Below, piece after piece: positions 48,055 to 62,540 of a stretch of 64,000 nt of DNA (within the stretch, counting starts at the first letter, position 1; every line of letters begins with the position of its first letter). Made by a program: the position numbers and the translations under genes. The stretch is from Callorhinchus milii. Its lineage: Eukaryota. Where the stretch lies: assembly GCF_018977255.1 (NCBI RefSeq), contig NW_024704743.1:57414001-57478000 (forward strand), in the 5' to 3' direction. The notes under the pieces were generated by a model, which was not told where the DNA came from, ran no database searches, and worked only from the letters and a program-made list of their open reading frames with translations.

Positions 48055-48990
48055 ATAATAATAAACCTCGCATTTGATATAGCGCCTTATCACATCTTCA
48101 AGATGTCTCAATGCGCTTCACAGAATATACTGCAAAGTGAATTGACTGTATATTTTGTGGGCAAAACGCAGCAGCCAATTGTACATTGATTGAGTGACCA
48201 AATTATTATTATTATTTTTGAACAACAACAACAAAATTACATTTGTAAGGGCCTTTCACGTCGGGAGAGCAAGGTGCTGGATAGCCAGTATTTCGGACAC
48301 GAGCTGGGGATCAGGATGGTGGAGGGCAGGCGGAAAAGGAGGGTCACTGAAGCCATGGTCGAAGAGGAGGGTCTTGAAATGGGTTTTGAAGGAGGCAAGG
48401 GAGGGCCGAAGCAGAGGCACTGCGGGATGAAGTTCCAGAGCATGGGGGCAGAGTGGTTGAAGGTACGCCAGGCAATAGTTGGGCGGGCAAGGCGGTGGAC
48501 ATGAAGCAGGACAGAACCCACTGAGTGGAGAGTTGGACATGATGGTAGAGGTTTAAGAGATCATAGGGTAGGAAGGAACAAGGCCATGGAGAGCTCTGAA
48601 AGTGAGGACCAGGATCTTGAACTGTATCCCTTCTGAGTGATGGCCCAGGGAACCAGCGGAGCCGGGTGAGGATGGGTGTAATGGGGTCTGCAGAGTTCTG
48701 GATGATCTGCAGCCTGTGGAGGGAGGAATTGGGGAGGCCAACAAACGGAATTTGCGTAGTCGAGCCTCGATGTGATGAATGCGTGGATGTGGGTCTTCGT
48801 AGCCTGCAGTGAGAGATAGTGGTGTGCAGTGTTGTGGAGGTGGGGAAAAGCAGAGCGGGGTCATGGCATGGATGTGGGAAATGAAGAAGGATTGAGGGTC
48901 AAACAAGACGCCAAGGTTCCATGAGGTGTAGGGTGATGCTGTCCACGCCCAAGGTATGGAGGTGCTGATGAGGGCCTTGGTCACTTTTAA
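48055..48990 (-). mobile_element. SINE fragment followed by an L2 3' fragment
   Basis: SINE tail/core at 48055-48215; L2 peptides (NLGVLFDPQ, IQFKILVLTFRALHGL) at 48220-48990. Confidence 0.85.
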
Positions 48991-51569
48991 GTTAAAATAT
49001 TTGGCCAAACTAAGTTACATTACATTGAAACCTGTTGATATTTCATGTTGTTAAACTACAGTATTTTCCAAAGTTGTTCCTCATATATTCCTTGAGGATT
49101 ATGTGCATCGTTTTGTCATTATTTATGTTATATGTTAATGAGGCTTTGCAAAAACACAGCATCTGTTGTTTCTTTATTTCACATTAAAATCTGCCATTCA
49201 TTGCTTGATAACATTTGCCTGATGCTTGAATCCTGGTTTCTATAATAACGGCACCAATTATAACTCAGCATGCCAGAGAGGTACCTCATAATAGTCTAAT
49301 TTAAGTTCATTTGTTTCCCAGATAAGTAGTTTATAATAATTAGCCTTTCGTAACATTCAGAAATACTCTGTGGACATGCTGTTTGTGGATTGCTTACCAG
49401 ATACATTAGCAGCTGGCATAATTTGTATTGAAAGATTATCAATTCCAAGTGTAAAAATAAAACATAAACGCTTGAATTGCACAGCAGGTCTATCAGCATC
49501 TGAAAGAGAAAGTGGATTAATGATCTGGCTGTGATCACTTTAATCACTGCTCAATGTTATTCAGAGTCTGTGAACTTTAGAGATGTTGGAGGAAAGCCCA
49601 TTATTTACAATGGAGAGAGGACAACAATTTATACTTCTAGATTGCCCTCAGGTTGGAAGAACATTTTACTTTACAAAGACTAAGAGTGAGCCTGAGCTGG
49701 GATGAAGCTAAGGGTGGGGAGGGGAGGGGGGCAACACTCCTTCTGGAAGGAGGTAGCAAAATGGATGTAGGCACACCCACTAATTATGGGGGCAGAACTG
49801 GTGGGTGGCATGAAGCAGTCTGGAGTTGGCAGAATGAAGAGAGAACCCAGGAGAGTAAAGTCACAGGAGATCAGAATGATAGGGTGGTGGAAGGTCATGG
49901 AGGCCTTTGAAGTTGATCTATTGGAGGAAGGAGAGCCAGTGGAACCAGGTGAGTTGATAGCCTGGTGCAGGAGCGTATATGAGCTGCAAAGATCTTTATG
50001 GAGGGTGCAGCTGAGGAGGATGGCAATCTGTCACTGGAAAAATTGAGCGGGGACGTGACAAGGTGTGGATGAGGGTTTTGTCTATGTTGAGGTGAGTCAG
50101 TGGCAAAGGTTGTGATGTTACATTATTAATGAACTTCTCCAGATCAGAAAGGGAGCTGGAATCAGCAGTAATCTCAGGCACCAGTATAGCAGCGGAAGAG
50201 ATCATGGATTGGATTAAAGTTGGATTTGCAGCAAGAAAGCAGACAAAATAATCCATCCAGGTTTCCATGGCAGCTTCCTTTATCTGAGCTAATCCCTAAT
50301 ACAATTCTTTTTCAGCCTCATTTACGTTTTCTATTTCTGTAACAATATATTCAAGTTCCTTCTCTTGTTATTTTTTCCTGATGCACTCCAACCTTTTTGC
50401 AAATACAGTATTGAGTGGGATGAGTGCAATATTTCTCAAAATACTCCTAGCATTTTATCTCTCGGGTAATTATTTATTGTAAAGTGGCTGTGTGTTTTGT
50501 AGGTGAACACAGTAGCCAATTTGCTCAGAGCAAGGTCCCACAAACAGCATGAAGTGAATCACCAATTGGCAACTGGACTCCAGGAGGGCATCCCTTCTCT
50601 TTTAGATGGCATCAGTAGTGCAACGACATCTTTAACATTCACCTGAACCGGCAGCGGGACCTTGGTTTAGCATTTCATCCGAAGGACCATTGCAACACAC
50701 CATTGCATTAGAATATCAGCCTAGACTATGTGAGTTCAGGATTCTGATATCTGCATCTATAAGTCATAGCATTGAGCCAGATAAAAATGGTTGATCATCA
50801 AAGCTGCTGTGAATTTTCTCTTGACCTGCCTGGGTTTGCTAGGCATGTCTCATAGGCCAATTCGCCCACATACTTCCCTAAAAGCCTTCCCACCCCTTAT
50901 TTTGTTATACCCTTTTCCCAAAGAACAATCTCACTACCTTCAATTATTCATCCTTATTACTTCTAAAAATATTTTATCACTTTTTTCACTAACCTTGGAA
51001 CCCCATCAATTATTCAACACAGGTCTTTGTTAAGCTCTATCTATCATCCCAACGTTTTCCTTGCTATTCTTATACTGTATTCATATATGTGTTCTCTTCA
51101 CTCGCATTCATCGCCAGCTCTGAATGTCAAAGGCAGATGGGGATAACCATTTTTGTCAGCAGTTTTGGTCACTTGCTAAAGCTTTCCTATTCAGACAGTC
51201 CCAGACTAGTGACTTAAAGCTGCCTTCTCCAGTGCAAATTGTTCCACCTCTTTCCTTGATGATTACTCAAACATGTGTGAAGAATTTATTTTTTTCCCTT
51301 TGTTAATATCTTATATATTGTATGTTTTTAAAAAATCCTAACCTTATTTTTCTCTCTGCATCTGTTAACATTGCATGCAGAATGCATACCATCAACCTTC
51401 ACTCAGCACCTTGAAAAATATTTTAGTTTGTAGCAGCTATTGCTAAATCTGCTTCAGTCTTTTACACTTTCTCACCTTGCTCTTTCCTCCCTTTGTCGCT
51501 CACACACACACACACACAGATTCCGTGCAGATCCACACAATCCGCTATTGACCTTACATTCCTATCTCT

Positions 51570-52010
51570 ATGACCCTATCACTCCACCCTCACCAGGTTC
51601 CACTGGCTCCCCATCCTTCAGTGGAGAAAGTTCAAAATCATTGTCCTAACCTACAAGGCCTCCATGGCCTTGCCCCTTCCTTCTTCTATGACCTGCTGAT
51701 CCCTTATTAACCTGTCCGCTGCCTCCGCTCAGCAGGCTCTGGCCTGCTCCACATCCTCCACCGAGTCCGGCCCACCTTCAGCAGTCGGGCCTTCAGCCTC
51801 TCTGCCCCCACCCTTTGGAACTCCATCCCACATTCCCTTTGCTTCACTTCCTCCTTTCCCTCCTTCAATGCACATTTGCAGACCCTCCCTCATCTCAACT
51901 ACCCCCCTCCCACCCCTTGCTCGGGTCCAAATCCCTGACTGTACAGCACCTTGGAACATCCTCCTGACATGAAAGACTCTACACAATTGTAATTTTGTAT
52001 TGTATTGTAT
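51570..52010 (+). mobile_element. L2 3' fragment
   Basis: Family 3' sequence and tail. Confidence 0.8.
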
Positions 52011-52404
52011 GTTGATGCAATATTTCTTGTGGAATTATCCTTCCACTTCTTCCACCATTCATGTGTCATATTGTCAGCAGTCAAGTTTCCATTTCCTTTT
52101 TTTCATTTTATGTCCCAAAGCTATTGATTCATCCTAGCTGACTCAACCTCATCACAACACGAGGTTCCTCAGGCACCAGTTTGCCTTTGCTGTTTTGCTC
52201 ATTAATAATTATTTGTGCATGAGCCTGGTTAATGTTGACCACCACAACTGATCACTAAAAATAGTAACATTTTTGCATGTGTTTATGGTCATGCAATTTT
52301 ATTGTTTAGAGATTTCATGCATTCACAGCTGGGCAGTGAAAGGGTTAAATCACAGATCATCAACTGATAGCGTGCAATAGATATCCCGGAATGCTGAAGA
52401 TAAA

Positions 52405-52740
52405 AATAATAATAATCCTTGCATTTGATATAGCGCCTTATTATGTCTTTGAGATGTCTCAAGGTTTTCACAGCATGTACTATAAAGTGAATTGACGGTA
52501 TATTTTGTGGGCGAAAAGCGGCAACCAATTGCGCACAGCGGTGCCCCACAAACAGTCGTTAATTGAGCGACCAAATTTTGGGGCAGGCAGGAGGGATTAT
52601 TACCCCCGAAAAGCGATCTGCCAATCGACTAACAAGTGAGGTTCTACTTACTGCTAGGTAATCAGAGAAGTGTGGAGTAAAGAATCAAACCCAGGATGTC
52701 TCTTTTGTGAGGCAAGTGGTCTAACCACAAAACGCTCCAG
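52405..52740 (-). mobile_element. tRNA/Deu SINE
   Basis: Same family as 10340-10678. Confidence 0.82.
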
Positions 52741-55700
52741 AACCTGCCTAGGAGTAGGTTAGATAATCGACTAAAATCTGTCCCTAGTTTTACAGTATTA
52801 TTGTTAAAATGCCGCATGTGATCAATAGATTTTGAACCATTTACAAGTACAATAATCAATTATATTTGGATTAGCCATTAAGAGGTTTTGGCTATGGACT
52901 CAGCTGCTTTATAATGAATATTGTGTTCTTCTGAACGATGGTAGCAGGCTACATAAATTTTTTGTGTGCTGACTAATATAAAGTGAGAAGCCTTCGCACC
53001 TGGAATTTTTTCTCTGTTTAACAGCTCAGCTTTAATTGCAAAAATTGCAAAATAGTATTTATCCTTACGTTCCATTTCATGAAGGATTGTGAGGAAAGAC
53101 CAGATAGAAACAAAAGATGAATCCTGTGCCAAAATGTTAGAGTGACAGCAGGACTTTTCACATCAACTGGAAATACTGAGTTTTTCATCCTGGGGCCTGA
53201 AATATCTCATGTTTTTAGGATTAAGACTATTGTCTTAAAATTGAAGATCATGCAGAAGTTTGGAAAACACTCTTAAATTCAGGTTTTATTTGGAAGCTGA
53301 TTTTCCTCTGTGCCCAAAAAATAACTGCAAGCTTCTGAATTAAGATTAAATGTCAAAATGTAAAATCCACAGATATTACAATAGTTCACAATAAAGATAT
53401 ATTTGGATTGGTCTCTGTTCCTTGGTGTAATGCTCGTAGAAAAGTGCTTTATACGAAAATCATTCCCTGAAACCGTATTAAAGCTGCACTGCCCAAGCTA
53501 ACCTTGGTTACTGTGTTATTGGCAATTTTTCGATTTAATGATTTTATGTTTATGACAACAAATTTGTTTCCCAGACTTAAGGCATATGTGTAAACCTCAT
53601 GACTCCCATAAAATAAAATATATTCTTACAACCTATCTCCTTCCTACAAAATTAACTGACTTGACATGACTGTCCCCCTCTGCCCTCATCATTAAACGAC
53701 TAAGCCTATTCTCTATGGTCATGAGTTCAAAGAGCAGCTGGTGTTGCTTTGAGTTTCTATCGCTTTCAGTCAGAAATAGCACTTTAGGGAATGGTTGATA
53801 TATATTTCACATTTATTAGCAATTTAGAAACTAGAACCATAGAAATTTACAGCACAGAAGAAGGTCATTCGGCACATTTTAAGATCAAACCTTCCAGACC
53901 CATTTACTTGCCCTTTCCCCATAACCAAGGAGTCCACTCCTTTTTAGGCATTTGTCTAGTTCCCTTTTGAAAGCTAATATGGATTCTTCGTCCACAAAAT
54001 ACAATGTCACTACACTTTACAGTATATCCTGTGAAGCACTTTGAGAGGTCTTGATAACATGATAAGACGCTATGCCAAATACAAGGATTATAGGATTATT
54101 ATTATAACCACCTCTCCCAGCAGAGCATTCCATATCCTATCTGCTCTGTGTGTGTAAAAAAAATCCTAATCTCCCCATTTGCTTGTTTGTTAACTATCTT
54201 CAATTGATGTCCATTTTATTGAAAAACATTGCTGTCAAACAGCAAAAAGCAATCTATGGCCCAAAGGCCAAACATCCAATATACTTAACATGTGCTGCTA
54301 AGCGCACACACCAATACATACATTTTGATACATTTTCTTATCATGTTCTAACATTTCAAAGCATTTCATGCAATGAGTTACGTAAAAGTGCAGTAACTGA
54401 TGTTATGTAAGCCAATACCCTAGCAGATAAGCTGGAAAAACAGTAGGAAACTTGTATCAGACCAAAGGGAATATCCATGCATATGTGGAACTCTCATCTG
54501 GCTTTGATACTCTTAAACATGTTGATGGATTTCCATTTGTATTATCAGACCACTTGTTGACCCAAACTAATATTTGGCAAATGAACCGAAAAGCTTTCTT
54601 CATCCAAACCTCTTTTATGAAGCTAATTGAAGTTAGCAATGTGTCATGTCTCAAGAGTTCCTAGATGCGACCCTACATGAAGGGCGGTACATAAATTCAA
54701 GTTGTTGCTGTAGTAATGCTTCCTGAACAGAAATGGAATGAGTTGACCCAATGGCACTATTACTCCAAGCATATTGGCCAATATTTCTTCCTCATTGAAA
54801 TTCATCCCCAAAACATGACAAATCCATTTTATGATGCTGGGAGAAATAGTCTTATGGGATCGTTAATGTGTAATGGACCCATCTGACAGGATATTTGTTT
54901 AACATAATCTGAAGGACAACACTTCCACCGATGCAGCACTCACTCAACAACAAGTATCCAGAGATGTTCATATGATGAATGGCACCTTCAAAATTCTTCT
55001 TTATTGTAAAGGTCACGTGTGACTGGTGCTGAACTAAAACAATCACTCTACCAACACCTTGGATTTTCTGAGCTGTTGCAACCACAGTATAATCACATTT
55101 TCTTTGCAGTTTGACAAAGCACCTTTCTGTATTGCTTTTCTCAGCTGATACATCAGAAGTTTGATGATGTGAGCTTGATTTATTTATGAAGACTTAATAA
55201 GGTAGAACATGGAAGTGGGGGAGACTATATCGAAATTTAGTTTTCTTGACTTATCTTGTCTCCTCTCCTACACTTTCAACCTTGATCATGTCCTCTAATG
55301 TGGGCCGAAATTCTGAACAATAAACAATGGTAACAATTGAAGCAACCTTATGCATGCAGAAAAGATTAATGAACCATGTGAAATGGTGATGTCTTGGAGA
55401 CTAATAGAGGATTATTCCTAGAGACTCGTGCAAAATAATTAGTTTGGGAGCAATGAACCATTATAAACACACACGACATGGTGAAGGCAGATACCTGTCA
55501 AATCGCTCATAAGGAAACGCTAAAACCTAAAATGACAGCTGCTGGAAGGTGTTACCTGAAGTTCAGGTTTGTGAACATCTGTTCCTATATCTAAGGCTTG
55601 GAATGCACCTTGATTGATATGCAGAGAGGTAAGCAGCTGTTGTCCAAGTTTCGCACCTCCAACTCATGGAACCGTTGCTCAATGGATAGGGATATGTGTC

Positions 55701-58700
55701 CAAACTGTGTGCATGAAGATGGTGGTAATGCTCCCATGTATTTCATGTGCCATTCTTCTGGAAGCTCGCAGGGAGTCTCTGGTGCCTGCCATCCTCATCA
55801 TGAAGGCTCAAACCCACACTTGTTAGCTGCAAATCACCAACTATTGACTGTCCTCCTGGAGAGAGGATATTGTACGGTCTTCTTGGTGCTGAACTGGCTG
55901 CAAAGTGGCAAACTTGACAATGGAACTTTAAATTGAATCAATCCTCTGTGATAGTGTCAGTAGTCCGGTTCCTGATCTGGGTGGATTTGTAATCCTCCAG
56001 GGCAATGCCAATGACAGATCAGTCAGTCTAGTTCATTTGCAGGACTTGAAGGTGCAGGAGGAAGGATTCGTCCCACTCAACTCCTGTTAACCCTACAAGC
56101 AAAGCCCTAAGAGAAAATGGTGATCTGAGCTAAACAAGCAGGAGGAAGCTTGCTGGACCAAGTGCCTGCTGGTGTGTGTGAATCAGGTGGTTGAACTGAG
56201 CACTTGGGCAGTGAATAATGTACACACACAATCTTGTTGTAACCAAACCAGCTATTATAAAGCTATTATATTTACAATGGGACTTCACTGCCAAGGTTGG
56301 AAAATCTACAACTAGTGTTGCCGAACCCAGATTTGCACTGAGCCACATGAGTGGCACATGAACAATGTGAGCCACACCAGTCAAAAAATGTTACACCAGA
56401 GATGCATGTGTAAGTATCCAATTATGTACAACAAGAATTAAAGACATAAGCAGCACCAGCTTAGTCATAATGGAATTACTACAACAAAGACATTGCATTA
56501 TGTATGTATGCGTACGTCTCACACTGGCCGTTTTAGAATATTCCATACTCAATTCAAATTTGCAGCAATTACGCAATAATTTGCTAATTTTCAAATGTAA
56601 CTTTGTAAACAACAACAACAAATCACATTTGTATAGCGACTTTCATGTTGGGAGGACATCCCGAGCCATTAATGCTTGTACAGTCACACATGCAAGTTGC
56701 TAGTATTTAACTGACATTCATTTACATACGAAGAGAGTAGAGACATCATAAGGTGCAAGTTATGTTCATTTTAATACAACAACAACAAACAACAACAAAA
56801 TTACATTTATATAGCGCCTTTCATTTCAGGAGGATGTCCCATAAAATATATAAAAACAGTTTGTGGGAATTATGTGTTTAATATACACAATATTATATTT
56901 TCACTCAAAAAAACATGTATTAATTGAGTAAAAGGTACTCGTTTTGCTTGATTAATCAGACAAGTATTATTTTAGCTGATTATTTCAATGGAATATTCAA
57001 AAAGTCTGACTAGAGAAATTATTACCGCACAGATATAACGCATTTAAATAGTGTTGATCACGTCTCTGTAGGCAAATTATCAGCGGGAATTATCTGAGAC
57101 ACCTGGTTTCTGCTGAAGCTGAGGTGACTTGAGCCATACTGAGACACATGGCTTGTGGCTCTATGGTATGACATTGTTGAAGTGAACCTTGAAAGAGAGC
57201 AGGCTCTTGCTGGATATTGATGACACTGATTTCAGTTGTCCCAGCCACCTGACTTCTTACAATTAGCCCCCTCCTGCAAAAATAAACATGAATTACATTT
57301 ATAAAGCTTTTCGGAGTTATAACTTATTTATAATGATTTGCAATGGCTCTATAAATTACAGTGGTAATACAGGAGCAGCAATATACATCCATTTTTAGAG
57401 TATATTTTCTTGGCACCATTTCAAAATCCACTTCCAGTGTAGAGGAAAGAGCCTTGAAAGGGCCCTCTCACAAGGACAAACCAGCTTTAATGAATGATGT
57501 ACAATGGGACTGCACAGTCAAATTTGGAAAATCTACAGATGAAGGAATAACCTTCATGGTTTCCAGGTGTAGCTCTTGAATAATGCAATTATATTGGATT
57601 CTTTCCAATCCTCAAGAATCTTTCATGAATTTCATGAGAGAACATGAATATGAGAGGCTAGTGCCTCTTATTAACATTAAAAAAAGAAATGTAAGTCACC
57701 AAATAATACATGTAAGTTTCATTTTTTTCTTTAGAGTTTGGCTTGAAATCTAGCCACACTAATTTGGGTAACCATGTTGCATACTCATGCTTCTACAGAG
57801 CTGGTTGAATCCTACCTCCCCCACCCACAGATGTTTTAGATATGGTACTAATGTTATTGACCTTCAAGGGGTATAAGGCTAAATGGATCCACCAAGACTC
57901 ATACTGAAACCCTTTCAAAGAAGCGCAAATCCGAACTGAACAGTCAACCTCATAGGCTCTGGCAGCATCACATGAGTCACCCAGCGCTCAATGCACTTCC
58001 ACAGCTATATGATCCAGTGTGCCTTCTGCCTGCATTGATGGTGTTGCTGTATCCTGAAGGGTTGATGTACAGGGGCACCTGTCTTGTAGTCCAGATGCTA
58101 CTTTTCCCAGACAGGCAGTCTTCTATTGCCGTATTAGAATCTGAGAAACACACAGAGAAGGATAAACGTGCAAACGTATAAACACTGGCATGGACTAGTT
58201 GGGCCGATTGGTCTGTTTCTGTGCTGTACAGTCTATGTAAATATACTCCCCAAACCATAATCCATTCTTTTGAAGAACTTTGAGACATTTTCCTATGTAA
58301 AAATCACCATATAAGTGCAAGTTGTGGGATAAATGGAACAGCTCTGGGGTCTTAGACTCATTGCTGTACATTGTTCATTGATTTTGGTAAGTGGTGACAA
58401 TAGATAAATAGATGATGTCACATAAAGAAGGAGCAGCCCACTGCATGTTATGAACAAAGCAATTGTATTAAAGCCAAACATTGCCATAATTTTTAAAATC
58501 TTATTTGGTGCAGCAAGTCACCTAACCAAAATAATAATAATAATAATCCTTGCATTTGATATAGCATCTTATCGAGACATCTCAAAACGCTTTTCACATA
58601 GGAAAATGTGTTTTCGCATAGGAAAACATTACCACCAGCATTGTAATGCAGTGTCAGCTTAGACCATGTGATTCCAAGTCTTGACGTGGGGCTTGAACCA

Positions 58701-58729
58701 ACATCCTTCTGACTGAGAGGCATAGATTC

Positions 58730-59250
58730 TTAGGTGGATTTGAAAGAAGAGAGGGAAGGGCCAAGGCAGAAGGATTTCAGGAAAGGGCTCCAGTGACTCT
58801 GCCAGACACTATGAGGCTGACTGTTCAGTTGCACTTCCTTGAAAGGGTTTCAGTATGAGTCTTGGTGGATCCATTTAGCCTTATACCCATTAAAGGTTAA
58901 TAACATTAGTACCATATCTAAAACATCCAGCTGTGGGGGAGGTAGGATTCAACCAGCTCTGTAGAAGCATGGTTCCAGAGAGATGGAGCAAATTAGTTGA
59001 GCCTTATCTGCTGATGTGGGGCAGAACAGGCAGGTGCTAAGCAACAGGCTGGAATTGGCAGAGTGGCCAGTTGAGTAAAGTCATAAGGTGGTGCAAGACC
59101 ATGGAGCCATTTTAAAGTGAGGTCAACCATCTTAAATCTGACCTACTGGGGGATAGAAAGCCACTGGAGTCTGCGAGGATGGGGGTAATGGGCTTGCAGA
59201 ACATGGTGTGGGAAAAGATAAAGACAGCAGAGTACTGCACTTTGTGGAGG
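58730..59250 (-). mobile_element. Old L2 3' fragment interrupted by a templated insertion
   Basis: Decayed LHWL / FKM / PTSA region continues on both sides of 58793-58971. Confidence 0.65.
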
Positions 59251-62200
59251 ATTGTGCTGGAACTTTACATAACTGGCTCCTCCATCGAATAATGAGAACG
59301 TTGAGCTCTTTGTTGAGCTATTATGACTCTATTATTTGCACATTTCCCCATTGGCAGTATTTTACTGCTCTTTGTGATGGTTGCATGACTGTGAAATACA
59401 GGCATGCTCACTAGGTGGCACTAAAGTTTTACAGTTAATGTTTAATTTACTTCTTGACCGGATCGTGCTGAATTGCAGTGGGAATGTATGGTACCATGAA
59501 GAAAATTGAGGAGAAAGTGGGATATTTAAACATATATCTGCAAATCACATTCAGTGCAATAAAGCCTGCCCTTTGTTGGAAGCAGGGAGGAAATATTTTT
59601 AAAAGACAGAGATTTACAGACTATGGGGTGTAAGCTACACTGATTACACTGAGTGAGTGAGATCCCTGTATGTTATGAGAAATTTTGAAAGGATGAATAG
59701 TATTTTGAAAAGTCTTCTTTATTGTAAAGTTCATGTGTGACTTGTACTGAACTTAAACAATAGCTTGGGTCTTTTCCAAGCTGCTATAACCTCAGTGCAA
59801 TTGCATTTTCTCTCTGCAGTTTGACAAAGTAGCTCTGTGTTTTTATGGTTTTGCTCTTGTCAGCTGATATGTATGATCTTGTGAGCTTGATTCATTTATA
59901 AAAATGTAACAATAACAATCCTTACATTTGATATAGCGCCTCTCACGCCAGGAGGAACTCTCAGAGGGAGAGCTTCACAGAGTATTTTGTAATGAGGAGT
60001 GACTTTGTGGGCAAAATAATAAAACAAATGAACTAATAAGACAAAGTATGGAAATGAGGATGAAGATATAGAACTACGGCTCTCAATTTTACCATCCTCA
60101 CCTCTGCAACGTGACCTACTTCTACCACTACCTCTCCTAGGCTGCTGAGCCCCTCATCCATCCCTTCATCATTTCCAGGCTCAGTTATTCCAATGCTCTG
60201 CTCCCCAGTCTCTTCAGTTCCTCCCAACACTAGCCGCAGACTATCCAGAACACTGCTGCCATGTCCGCTCCCACACCTAGATCTTTGAGCCTATCACCCC
60301 CATCCTTGCTTGCTTCCATTGACTCCCCATTCCTTAGTGGATTCAATTCAAGATCCCTAGTTCCCTTCATTCCAATATCAGACTCCAAGACAGCTGTGTG
60401 AAGCACATTGTCCATCCGATGTGAAAAGAGCTTTGTAAATGTAAATTGTTCTTCTAATAGACTTACTATCTTCTGTCCTACAATTTGATCCCTTCATACA
60501 CAAGGAACCCAAGTTTCAGAATAAGTACAATGTAACAATTGAAAGAACCTGGTAGTACAGAACAACATAATGCATCACCTCACATCACTACGAAGTCCAC
60601 CAGTCTAGGAAGGTTCCTTCCTAAGAATATACATTTTACCAAGCTTTGAATAACATACTTGACTCTTCTCTCTATCAGAGCTGCCTATCATAATTGATAA
60701 GCGAGTTAAATGTTTATGAAATTCATTAAATATATGCACCCTGTTCCATTTTTAATTTCAAGTCTTTGCTGAATTTACCATTGGGTGTGTGACTATTGGT
60801 TTGCATCCACTGCTAAGGGGAGGGGAAGAAATGGCTATTCCCGTTTAGTATCCAGTAACTCTGGTACAAAGAGGAGATTCATGGACTCTAAGTGAGAAGA
60901 AACACAGGCTCAGCTTTGATGCCTCAAACAGCATGGCCAAACAGCCCATTGTCATGAAAATATTGGGCAAAGTATTGAAGGATTGCTCACACCAATGGAA
61001 GTATAGTGCCTCATGAAGCATTTCTCTAAAGCCTAAAGATTGAAGAAATAAAGTTGGAAAAGAAAATGTATATTAGAGCAGCAGGATTTGAGAGTGACAA
61101 TAATTTCAATTTAGTCCTGTGAACTGAAGGGTTATCCTAAAAATGTGATCATGAAAGCTTAATTTATGCATTGTAAGTAATGGATTGATGAGAATGCCAA
61201 GATCTGGACTACAGATGTTTGAAGATACAAAGTGAACTTTACTGATTACCACAGGATCCTGGGATCAAACCTGTTACTTAAATCTCCTTAATCCATAGGC
61301 ATGAAAACAAAGGATCATAAGAACTATATTCACACTCAATTTCAAAGAGCAGTATTCATACATTGGAGTGATTGATAGGATTCATTCTCAGTGGAGTTTC
61401 TACCATAGACATAGATTAAGCTGGGTATTGATCAAGTCTTATGTTTTTTACTCAAGTTTTTGCTTTCAAGTTTTAGCTCTGTTCAATAATGTCAAGTGAA
61501 CATCACATTCATTCCAAATTATCTAAAATGTAACTTGTTTAGTGGTATGGATTGTCCGATTCAATGAATCCCAACCCGTATGTTCCAAATCCCTGACTGT
61601 CCAGCTCCTTGGGACGTCCTCCTGACATGAAAGGCGCTATACAAATGTAATTTGTTGTTGTTATTGTATTAATCTACAGAGTAGGTCAATGACGATACTC
61701 CCCTCTACCAATATTGACTGAGTTTCTCTCCTACAAACTGATACATTTCACCTCTTCTATGCAGAAGTGGAATTTTCTAATGTGGATTCAGTTGTCGAGC
61801 TTGCATTACAGGCCTGAATCTCATCATAAATATAAGCTTTTGGGATATTGTAGCTATTTCAATTCTGCCTCGCAGTACTTAGAGCATTTTACTTAAGCAT
61901 AGAAAAATGTTACAGTATTTTACAAATATTTTTCGGAAAGGTGTGTTACACTATATGCTTTGTCCCAGGTTATGCTCAAATTATAGTTTAGTTTCTACCA
62001 AAGGGAATATCTAGATTTCTATTTATTTTAAGACATGGAATTTCTCAATATGTTGGCTGATCCATTATGAGAGGTGGGATCTTCATTCCAATACCTGCTC
62101 AATTTTCTGTGTTGTGGGGTTTTTGGAGATGCTGTACTGTATATTAAAGTGAAAAGTGCACAAGTGTAATAAACTATGAAACCAGAAGCAACATTGACAA

Positions 62201-62540
62201 TGTATGTTAACACTCAGCATTTCACCTCTGTGCATAACCATCAATCCGGCTATATTTGGTGACATGAGGGATTACAGCACTGTACTGTAAATATTCATCG
62301 AATATTTACAGCAAACACATGAATTTTGCAGCATTATATGCTTCAAGATGGTACTTTTTAAATGTTTCCATTAAACTACATTGCTTTAAATACGATGGAA
62401 CAGAAATGGACAAGGGAATAATGTGCAAAGCATGGTTTTGTGGGGATTGCAAAACGCAAGGTTCACTTTACTGAATCCTTTTATTTTCCTGTTTCTGAAT
62501 TCAAGCAAAGACAAACCTTAAATTAGAAATGATGGGGTGA

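Noticed and set aside
55560..55990. Cys/His-rich ORF or transposase/LINE remnant
   Set aside because: No convincing motif in any frame; it cannot be assigned without a search.
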